Shown piece after piece: positions 48,466-56,704 of a stretch of 64,000 nt of DNA. The notes under the pieces are model-generated. The model saw only the letters and a list, made by a program, of their open reading frames with translations, was not told the origin of the DNA and made no database searches. Source of the stretch: Bacteroidetes bacterium MED-G17 (lineage in GTDB: Bacteria; Bacteroidota; Bacteroidia; NS11-12g; UBA9320); assembly GCA_002457675.1 (NCBI GenBank), contig NTKK01000005.1, forward strand, positions 87,867-151,866, given 5' to 3'. Made by a program: the position numbers and the translations under genes. Position 1 is the stretch's first letter; every line of letters starts with the position of its first letter.

Positions 48466-49662
48466 TTACAACTTTGGTAAAGCCAAATCTGCAACAGTTT
48501 TACCTATACTTAAACTAGATGTTGCCGCAGGTGATGGTGCATTTAAAACGTGAATCAATTGACCCTCTTCTTCAATTTTAAAGTCATCTAGCAATCCCCC
48601 GTCTCTACTTGAAGCTTGTGCTCTTACTCCTGCGGGTGCTGAAATAAGGTCTGATTTTTGTATTGAAGGAATTAGTTTCTGCAGTGCTTTGGTAAAAGCT
48701 CCTTTAGAATATGATCTATACAATTCTCCCAAACCTGTTTTCCAATATTTTATGGCTACTTTTTGAAAACCTGGCCAAATCAAAGTTTCTAAGAAATCAG
48801 ACAAATTAAAATCTGTTTTTTTATAACCCTCCCTTTTGAAAGCCAATACAGCATTAGGGCCAGCCTCAACATCTCCGTTTATCATTCTTGTAAAGTGTAC
48901 ACCTAAAAATGGGAAATTTGGATCTGGCACTGGATATACCAAATTTTTAACTAGATATTTACTAGTTTCTTTTAACTTAAAATATTCACCTCGAAAGGGT
49001 ACAATTTTAGTATCTAAATGTTGAACTGACTTTCTTGCTAGTCTATCACTCTGCAAACCACCACAATTTATGGCCATTTTTACCTGAATTTCTTTTCTCT
49101 TTCTTGACTGAATAACAACATTATTTTTGTCCTCAAATAAATTTTGAACCTCAAAGTTTGTTATCACCTTACCACCCAATTTTTCAATTTTTTCTTTTAG
49201 TTTCTGACAAACAATCCTATAATCAATTATGCCTGTTTGTGGGACATAAATAGCTTGAGTACCTTCTACAAAGGGTTCAACCTCCTTGATCTCTGAAGAA
49301 TTTAAAATTTTTAGCCCCTCAAGACCATTTTCTTGACCTCGATTAAATAGCATTTGTATTTGCTCTTTTTCCTTCTCATTACTTGCAACAATTAGTTTCC
49401 CGCATAAGTCCATTGCAATTCCATTTTCCTTCGCAAATTTTAGCAGCATTTTATAACCATCTATACAATTCTTGGCCTTTAAACTACCTGGCTTATAATA
49501 AATTCCAGAATGTATCACCCCACTATTGTGCCCTGTTTGATGTTGACCAACATCCGATTCTTTTTCAAGTAAAATCAGCTTGGTTTTTGGCTTTCCCTTT
49601 AATATCTGATAGGCCGTAGACAAACCGACAATTCCTCCCCCAACAATAGCAATATCATTCAT
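48466..49662 (-). CDS. lhgO: FAD-dependent L-2-hydroxyglutarate oxidase-like
   Basis: MNDIAIVGGGIVGLSTAYQI from ATG 49662, plus HQTGHNSGVIHSGIYY and SPAATSSL. Confidence 0.8.
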   Translation of the reverse strand: MNDIAIVGGGIVGLSTAYQILKGKPKTKLILLEKESDVGQHQTGHNSGVIHSGIYYKPGSLKAKNCIDGYKMLLKFAKENGIAMDLCGKLIVASNEKEKEQIQMLFNRGQENGLEGLKILNSSEIKEVEPFVEGTQAIYVPQTGIIDYRIVCQKLKEKIEKLGGKVITNFEVQNLFEDKNNVVIQSRKRKEIQVKMAINCGGLQSDRLARKSVQHLDTKIVPFRGEYFKLKETSKYLVKNLVYPVPDPNFPFLGVHFTRMINGDVEAGPNAVLAFKREGYKKTDFNLSDFLETLIWPGFQKVAIKYWKTGLGELYRSYSKGAFTKALQKLIPSIQKSDLISAPAGVRAQASSRDGGLLDDFKIEEEGQLIHVLNAPSPAATSSLSIGKTVADLALPKL

Positions 49663-49700
49663 TGTAGCAAAAGTCAATATTTTTGTTACACCAACAAAAC

Positions 49701-50501
49701 ATGTTTCATTATATAAACACTCGATTACCATTAACTTTTATTCTTGCTGCGCTCTTTTTGGTGTCTTGTTCTGATGAAATCAATGAAAAAAAACAAACAC
49801 AGCATGAATCTACCTGCCGATTAAGCCAGTTTGTACAGGTGTCATCTGGACTAAGAGATACTTCAAAGTTTGAATATGATGCTGATGGTAATTTAACCGT
49901 TTACACACTAATTGAAGATGGAGAAAGTTTTACTTACAACCTGAACTATAATAAAAATAATGAGATTGAAGAAATAAGAAACGCAAAAGACGGAGATATT
50001 TTTCAATTCTTTTATTCTGGCAACAACATCAGTCAAATGGTGAGTTCTTACAATTTTAGTAACTCAGCCAGTAATGTTACTGAATTTGACTACAACGAGG
50101 TGGGTCAAGTTATACAAATCAAGGAGTATGCATTTGATGAAATCACAAATGAAAAGTACCTTATTGAGCGTATCAATTATAGTTGGAATAGAAATAATAT
50201 TGCTTCATGTACCATGTTATATGGTGATAGCCTAAATGAAAAAACTGTTATTTCCTTTTTAAATTTTGACTATTTTGACAATCCATTTTATAATCTTCCA
50301 TTATGGTATTTAGAATTTAATCGCCCAAATTACCTATGTAAAAACAATGTTAAACAAGTCGCTATATTGAATGATGAAGATAGCACACAACTAATTTTTG
50401 ACTTAGAATACGATGAAAAAGATCGAGTGGTCAAGTTTGATTTTCAGGACCTAAATAAAGAGCCTAATAAATGGCTTTTTGAATACAAAAGCTGCAACTG
50501 A
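49701..50501 (+). CDS. Hypothetical lipoprotein with YD-like repeat flavour
   Basis: Lipobox LFLVS|C. Repeated segments such as FEYDADGNLTVYT, EFDYNEVGQVIQI and LEYDEKDRVVKF. Confidence 0.5.
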   Translation: MFHYINTRLPLTFILAALFLVSCSDEINEKKQTQHESTCRLSQFVQVSSGLRDTSKFEYDADGNLTVYTLIEDGESFTYNLNYNKNNEIEEIRNAKDGDIFQFFYSGNNISQMVSSYNFSNSASNVTEFDYNEVGQVIQIKEYAFDEITNEKYLIERINYSWNRNNIASCTMLYGDSLNEKTVISFLNFDYFDNPFYNLPLWYLEFNRPNYLCKNNVKQVAILNDEDSTQLIFDLEYDEKDRVVKFDFQDLNKEPNKWLFEYKSCN

Positions 50502-50591
50502 TTCATTCCAGTTAAATTCATTTAGCGTTAAATATAAATCATAGGCTACTCGCTTTACTTTTTTTGGCTTCAAAAAGCTAATTTCGAGTTA

Positions 50592-53500
50592 ATGAAGAAG
50601 TCTTGGCTTGTTGCATTGTGCATAATCATCTGGGCAAAATCTATTGCCCAAAAAAAAATTGAAAAAGAGAATATACCAAAATGGGCTACCACAAATACAA
50701 CTGCCTTCTCATTTCGAAGCCTTGGGCCGGCAACGACTTCAGGTCGAATAGTAGATTTGGTTGTAAACCCAAATAATCCTGCAGAAATTTACTTGGCACT
50801 AGCTTCTAGTGGTGTATGGAAAACAACAAATAATGGAACAACTTGGAATCCAATTTTTGACAAACAAAATTCTTACAGTACTGGATGTATAGCAATAGAC
50901 CCCAATAATTCAAATATCATTTGGCTGGGCAGTGGCGAAAATAACAACCAAAGATCTGTTGCTTATGGAGACGGAATCTACCTATCTCTTGACGGTGGTA
51001 AGTCTTGGAAGAATGTAGGTTTAAAAGAAAGTGAACATATAGGTATGATTGCTATTGACCCAAATAATTCTAATCACGTTTATGTGGCTGCTTACGGTCC
51101 TCTTTGGCGTGCTGGAGGCGATCGAGGAATCTATGAAACAAAGAATGGCGGGGAAAGTTGGTCAAGGATATTGGAAGTGAGTGAACATACTGGCTTTAAC
51201 GAAATTCATATGGATCCTAGAGACCCAAATACACTTTATGCAACAGCTCACCAGAGAAGGAGGCATGTTTACACCTATTTAAGTGGAGGTCCTGAAAGTG
51301 CTATGTACAAAAGTGATGATGGAGGAGTAAATTGGATCAAACTTCAAAATGGTTTACCCAAAGGAGATATCGGACGAATTGGGATGGATATCAGTCCTGC
51401 AAATCCAGACGTTCTTTACGCAACGATAGAAGGGCATGGCTTTTATAAAAGTAACAACAGAGGTGCGAGTTGGAGCAAACAAGGTCCACACGAGACCAGC
51501 GGGAATTATTATGTTGAACTTATTGCGCATCCAAAAAAAGTAAATACCGTTTATAGCATGGATACCTATGCACACATTAGTAAGGACGGCGGTAAATCGT
51601 TTAATAATATTCCTAAAAAATTCAAACATGTTGATAATCACTGTTTATGGATTGATCCAAACAATACACAGCATATGCTTATGGGAACAGACGGTGGTTT
51701 ATATGAAACGTGGGATGAAATGAAAACTTGGAATTGGCGTACAAACTTACCTACTATTCAATTTTATAGAGTTGCAGTAGACAATTCTGAACCATTTTAT
51801 AACATTTATGGGGGCACACAAGACAATAATTCCTTAGGTGGACCATCTCAAACTATCAACAGGAGGGGTATCATCAATAGTGATTGGTTGGTAACAAATG
51901 GAGGTGACGGATTTGAAAGTGCAATTGATCCCGAAAACCAGCAGATTGTATATGCTCAAGCACAATATGGCTGGCTAGTTCGATTCAATAAAGAAACTGG
52001 CGAAAAAACACCCATTCAGCCTCAGCCTAGATATAAGGAAGAACCCTACCGCTGGAATTGGGATGCACCACTAATTGCGAGTAAACATACTCCAAAGACA
52101 TTATATTTTGCTGCAAATAAAGTTTTTAAAAGTACCGATAGAGGCGATTCATGGAGCCATATCTCAAAAGATTTAAGCAGGCAAATTGATAGAAACGAAC
52201 TGCCTATTATGAACCAATTTTGGGGACCAGAGGCGATTGCCCTTCATAAAAGTACTTCCATCTATGGCAACATTGTTACCCTTAAAGAACATCCAAAACA
52301 TCCAAAAGAACTCTGGGCCGGAACTGATGATGGCTTAGTTTGGAAAACAACAAATGACGGACAATCATGGACACAAATAAAAGCACCCACAAATCTTCCT
52401 AAATTGGAGCTGAATTCAGAAAGTTTACCTCTAATTTATGTTCAAGACATTGTACTTTCTAGCCACGACGACAAGCTAATCTATTTGGCATATAATAACC
52501 ACAAAAACGGCGATTTTAAACCATATATATTTAAAAGCGTGGATGGAGGGGATAATTGGATAAATATATCAGATAAGCTTCCAGAAAGAGGTAGTATTTA
52601 TTCTTTAGCTGAAGACCATGAAGAAAAAAACCTTCTATTTGCCGGTACAGAATTCGGCTTGTGGTTCACCTTGGATGGTGGAAAAAATTGGGCACAACTA
52701 AAAAGTGGTTTGCCAACCATTGCAATAAAAGATATCGCAATTCAAGAAAGAGAAAATGACCTAGTTCTTGCTACCTTTGGAAGAGGCTTTTATATTCTTG
52801 ATAACTATGCGCCACTCAGAGAATTAGACAAAATGGTAGATGAAAAAATAGGCCTATTCAAAACCAAAAAAGCTTTGTTGTTTCCAAGAGCCAATGTCGG
52901 TGGCATCGACTATAAAGGGGGACAGCAGTATAGCGCAAAAAATCCAAAAATGGGTGTTACTTTCTATTTGCATTTTAATGACTCCTTTGCGCGAGTAAAG
53001 GATAATCGACCAAAAGCAGACAAAAAAGCGCCTCATTTCCCTTCTGTGGAACAACTTAGGGAGGAAGATTGGGAAGAAAAACCTTACCTATTATTTGTTG
53101 TCAAAGATACAAGTGGTCAAGAAGTCTCTAGATTTACAAGCGATGTCCGAAAAGGAATTAAAAAAATAGTTTGGGATGGAAAATACAGCAGTATTGCAAA
53201 CATTAATACAAAAGATGAACCCAAAACCAAGGCGTGGAATACTTCTTTTGTTAAGCCTGGGGATTATCAATTGTCAGTTTATCTTTCAGTAAACGGGAAT
53301 CTTGATTTAATCATTGCAAACCACAATTTTGAAGTACAGCATTTGTATCCTCATCATACAATAAATTACCAATTTATAAACGCTGTTGATATGGTATATG
53401 CTAAAGCCAACGCTGTTGAAAGTGAATACAAAAAGTTGGATAATAAACTTAGTCAGCTAAGAGCAGGATTTAGAAATACAGTAGGCGCATCTATTGAAGA

Positions 53501-53798
53501 TTTAAATAAAACAAGAGAAATTGACCAAATGCTGAAAGAAATTGCTGTCCTAATTTTTGGGGATAAGACAAAATCAAAACGTGAAATTGAGTCTGCACCC
53601 TCGCTAAAGTCAAAAGCTGGGTTATTGGCATGGGGTACTTGGAATCATAGAGGGACTCCAACAGGAACAATGAAGATCTTATTGGAAGATCTTAAAGCAA
53701 TGACAAATGACGCTTTATTAGCATTAGAAAAAGTTAATACCAAAATAAAGCTATTAGAAAAAAATGCTGTTCAACAAGGTGTCCCCTACTGGGATTGA
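50592..53798 (+). CDS. Secreted sortilin/VPS10-type BNR (Asp-box) beta-propeller protein
   Basis: Signal peptide ..IIWAKSIA|QK. Many Asp-box-like repeats (SxDxGxxW): SLDGGKSWKN, TKNGGESWSR, SDDGGVNWIK, STDRGDSWSH, TNDGQSWTQ, SVDGGDNWIN, TLDGGKNWAQ. Confidence 0.75.
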   Translation: MKKSWLVALCIIIWAKSIAQKKIEKENIPKWATTNTTAFSFRSLGPATTSGRIVDLVVNPNNPAEIYLALASSGVWKTTNNGTTWNPIFDKQNSYSTGCIAIDPNNSNIIWLGSGENNNQRSVAYGDGIYLSLDGGKSWKNVGLKESEHIGMIAIDPNNSNHVYVAAYGPLWRAGGDRGIYETKNGGESWSRILEVSEHTGFNEIHMDPRDPNTLYATAHQRRRHVYTYLSGGPESAMYKSDDGGVNWIKLQNGLPKGDIGRIGMDISPANPDVLYATIEGHGFYKSNNRGASWSKQGPHETSGNYYVELIAHPKKVNTVYSMDTYAHISKDGGKSFNNIPKKFKHVDNHCLWIDPNNTQHMLMGTDGGLYETWDEMKTWNWRTNLPTIQFYRVAVDNSEPFYNIYGGTQDNNSLGGPSQTINRRGIINSDWLVTNGGDGFESAIDPENQQIVYAQAQYGWLVRFNKETGEKTPIQPQPRYKEEPYRWNWDAPLIASKHTPKTLYFAANKVFKSTDRGDSWSHISKDLSRQIDRNELPIMNQFWGPEAIALHKSTSIYGNIVTLKEHPKHPKELWAGTDDGLVWKTTNDGQSWTQIKAPTNLPKLELNSESLPLIYVQDIVLSSHDDKLIYLAYNNHKNGDFKPYIFKSVDGGDNWINISDKLPERGSIYSLAEDHEEKNLLFAGTEFGLWFTLDGGKNWAQLKSGLPTIAIKDIAIQERENDLVLATFGRGFYILDNYAPLRELDKMVDEKIGLFKTKKALLFPRANVGGIDYKGGQQYSAKNPKMGVTFYLHFNDSFARVKDNRPKADKKAPHFPSVEQLREEDWEEKPYLLFVVKDTSGQEVSRFTSDVRKGIKKIVWDGKYSSIANINTKDEPKTKAWNTSFVKPGDYQLSVYLSVNGNLDLIIANHNFEVQHLYPHHTINYQFINAVDMVYAKANAVESEYKKLDNKLSQLRAGFRNTVGASIEDLNKTREIDQMLKEIAVLIFGDKTKSKREIESAPSLKSKAGLLAWGTWNHRGTPTGTMKILLEDLKAMTNDALLALEKVNTKIKLLEKNAVQQGVPYWD

Positions 53799-53871
53799 GA
53801 TGGTAATGGATCTAAATGTTGTTTCCATTATCGTTATGAAAGCACTCAATAAAGTGAGGGAATAAGACTTT

Positions 53872-55980
53872 TTAGTCTGGTATTCTAACCAAGTGTAATA
53901 AGAAAGCATATTCCATTGCTACCTCTTTTAATCTTTCAAAACGACCACTTGCTCCACCATGTCCAGTTTGCATATCGGTATGCAAGAGCAATAGGTTATT
54001 ATCTGTTTTTAAATCACGTAACTTTGCCACCCACTTAGCAGGTTCCCAATACTGAACTTGGCTATCGTGAAGGCCTGTAGTAACCAAAAGATTTGGATAT
54101 TCTTTACTTTCCACATTGTCATATGGGGAATAGCTCTTTATATAATCATAAAATTTCTTTTCTTTTGGGTTACCCCATTCATCAAACTCTCCTGTTGTAA
54201 GTGGTATGCGCTCATCTAGCATGGTAGTAACCACATCTACAAATGGGACAGCAGCAATAACACCTTTCCATAAATCTGGTCGCATATTTAATACAGCACC
54301 CATAAGTAAACCACCTGCACTACCACCCATGGCAAATAGTTGAGAAATGTCTGTATAACCAGATTGGATAAGATGTTCTGCACAATCAATAAAATCAAAA
54401 AATGTATTTTTCTTTTTTAACAGTTTGCCATCCTCATACCACTGCCTCCCGAGCTCCTCTCCCCCTCTAATATGTGCAATAGCATAAATAAAACCCCTGT
54501 CAAGCAAACTTAAGCGAACAGAACTAAAATAAGGATCCATACTATAGCCATAACTCCCATAACCGTAAAGTAATAATGGGTTTTTTTCTTTTTTTAAGCT
54601 TTTCTTGTAAACAATCGAAACTGGAATTTCTTGGCCATCTCTAGCTCTTACAGTGATTCTCTCACTTTTATAATCTTCGGGTTTGTACCCTCCTACTATT
54701 TCCTGTCTTTTTTTCAAGCTGCGTTCTTTGCTGACCATGTCAAAATCATATACTGAATTTGGCGTAGTAAGAGAAGTATAGTTATACCTCAATTTGCTGG
54801 TCTCCATTTCTGGATTTATACCATCTGAAATTTCAAATGCCTCATCTTGTACCGGCACAAGGTAATCTTCTCCACTTTCTTTGTTTAAAACCCTTAGTTG
54901 AGTTAGTCCCTCTGTTCTCTCAGACAAAACCCAAAAATTATTAAAAACCTCAAGACCTTCTAATAAGGTGTTTGGTCTATGTTCAATTTCTTCTTTCCAA
55001 TGTTCCTTTTGTGTTTGGGCCTCTTTACAATGCATCAAGCGAAAATTTTGTGCATCAAGATTGGTTGTGATAAGCCATTGGTCCCGCCAGTGATTTATAA
55101 AATATTCCAAACCACGGGTTCTTTTTTGAAAAATTTGGAAATTGCCCAAAGGATTATTTGCATCTAAATATTGCATTTCTGAAGTAAGGGTACTATTGGA
55201 ACCAATAATTAGATATTTTCCGTCTTTTGTTTTACCAACATATGAATTAAAGGTTTCATCTTGCTCTTCAAAGACTAAAGTTTCTGATTTTTTTTCTACA
55301 TCATACCTATAAATTTGGTGCGTTCGAAGGGTTTGCTCATCCTTGCGGGTATAGAAAAAGTTTTTATTGTCTGCAGCCCAGGTACTTCCTCCACCAGTGT
55401 TTTCAATTTTTATGTCTAAATTAATGCCTTCTTGAAGGTCTTTAACAAATAGGTCATATTTTCTTCGGCTCAATGTATCTACCCCATAAATTAGATACCT
55501 GTTATTGGGGCTTATTGTTAGTCCCGCAACTTGATAAAAATCATAGCCTTTTGCAAGTTCATTTACGTTGAGAATGACCTCTTCTTTTTTATCTAGTGAT
55601 TCCTTTTTTCGACAAAAAACAGGGTATTCGTTTCCTTCTTCAAATCTCGAATAATACCAATATCCATTTTTAAAATATGGCACCGATTGGTCATCTTCTT
55701 TTATTCTACCACGTATTTCTTTAAAAAGCTTTACTTGTAGTTTTCTGGTCTCTTTTAGTTGTGTTTGTGTATATTCATTTTCCTTATTTAAATAATCAAT
55801 TACTTCCTTATCTTCCCGATTATTTAACCAATAGTAATTATCAATTCTAGTATCATTATGTATGCTTAACTTTTTTGGTATTTTCTTTGCAATTGGTGCC
55901 GGCATGTTTACTTGTTTTTTTGGGCTACAAGAGTAACAAAGGATAAGAACAAAAGCTGATAAATATGCTCGTTTTTTCAA
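53872..55980 (-). CDS. ptrB: S9A peptidase (oligopeptidase B / protease II-like), probably exported
   Basis: Catalytic Ser motif GGSAGGLLMG, then DSQVQYWEPAKW and the C-terminal His region. The TTG start at 55980 encodes the lipoprotein-like signal MKKRAYLSAFVLILCYS|C. Confidence 0.8.
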   Translation of the reverse strand: MKKRAYLSAFVLILCYSCSPKKQVNMPAPIAKKIPKKLSIHNDTRIDNYYWLNNREDKEVIDYLNKENEYTQTQLKETRKLQVKLFKEIRGRIKEDDQSVPYFKNGYWYYSRFEEGNEYPVFCRKKESLDKKEEVILNVNELAKGYDFYQVAGLTISPNNRYLIYGVDTLSRRKYDLFVKDLQEGINLDIKIENTGGGSTWAADNKNFFYTRKDEQTLRTHQIYRYDVEKKSETLVFEEQDETFNSYVGKTKDGKYLIIGSNSTLTSEMQYLDANNPLGNFQIFQKRTRGLEYFINHWRDQWLITTNLDAQNFRLMHCKEAQTQKEHWKEEIEHRPNTLLEGLEVFNNFWVLSERTEGLTQLRVLNKESGEDYLVPVQDEAFEISDGINPEMETSKLRYNYTSLTTPNSVYDFDMVSKERSLKKRQEIVGGYKPEDYKSERITVRARDGQEIPVSIVYKKSLKKEKNPLLLYGYGSYGYSMDPYFSSVRLSLLDRGFIYAIAHIRGGEELGRQWYEDGKLLKKKNTFFDFIDCAEHLIQSGYTDISQLFAMGGSAGGLLMGAVLNMRPDLWKGVIAAVPFVDVVTTMLDERIPLTTGEFDEWGNPKEKKFYDYIKSYSPYDNVESKEYPNLLVTTGLHDSQVQYWEPAKWVAKLRDLKTDNNLLLLHTDMQTGHGGASGRFERLKEVAMEYAFLLHLVRIPD

Positions 55981-55981
55981 A

Positions 55982-56704
55982 ATGAGAACAAAAATAGAAA
56001 ATAGTATTTTTATAATCCCCTGCTTTTTGGGGAATGCCGAAAACAGCTTTTTGGCAAGTGAAAGCCTTTCTGTGACTAAGCGTCTACAATATTTTATTGT
56101 TGAAAAAGAAAAAACAGCGAGGGCATTTTTAAAGCAGATTGGCCACCCAAAGCCACAAAATGAACTGATATTTTTTGAATTGAATAAGCATCAAGTTGAT
56201 GACAATGCATACAAAGAATTCTTTGACATGCACATTTCCTCTGGGATAGGATTAATAAGTGAGGCAGGGATGCCTTGCCTAGCTGACCCAGGCGATATAG
56301 TGGTGGCTTATGCACATCAAAAACATTTTGAAGTGTACCCATTGGTCGGGGCAAGTGCAATTTTATTGGCCTTGGTTTCAAGTGGCTTTAATGGCCAAAG
56401 TTTTGCCTTTGCAGGTTATTTACCTATAGAAAAGCAAAAAAGGAAAAAGTCTATAAAGGAAATGGAGAGAAGAGTAGTGGAAAAAAATGAAACACAAATT
56501 TTCATGGAAACTCCTTACCGAAATCAAACTTTATTTCACGAATTGATAAAAGTGTTGCACCCACAAACTTGGCTTCATATTTCTTGCGATTTTCATTTGG
56601 CGAGCCAAGAAAATTTGAACCTGCAAATTTCAGATTGGCAACATAAAGATATAGACTTACACAAAAGACAAGTCGTTTTTTGTTTGGGGTCGTCTAGAAT
56701 CTAA
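55982..56704 (+). CDS. Tetrapyrrole-methylase-fold SAM-dependent methyltransferase (RsmI-like family)
   Basis: IFIIPCFLGN, ISEAGMPCLADPG and GASAILLALVSSG. Confidence 0.7.
   Translation: MRTKIENSIFIIPCFLGNAENSFLASESLSVTKRLQYFIVEKEKTARAFLKQIGHPKPQNELIFFELNKHQVDDNAYKEFFDMHISSGIGLISEAGMPCLADPGDIVVAYAHQKHFEVYPLVGASAILLALVSSGFNGQSFAFAGYLPIEKQKRKKSIKEMERRVVEKNETQIFMETPYRNQTLFHELIKVLHPQTWLHISCDFHLASQENLNLQISDWQHKDIDLHKRQVVFCLGSSRI

Noticed and set aside
53799-53871. Imperfect hairpin (ggtaatgg..ccattatc) in the convergent gap between the VPS10-like gene and ptrB, considered as a terminator.
   Set aside because: The stem is short and AT-rich with a wobble or mismatch, the loop is 15 nt, and no U-tract follows on either strand. 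It is too weak to call.
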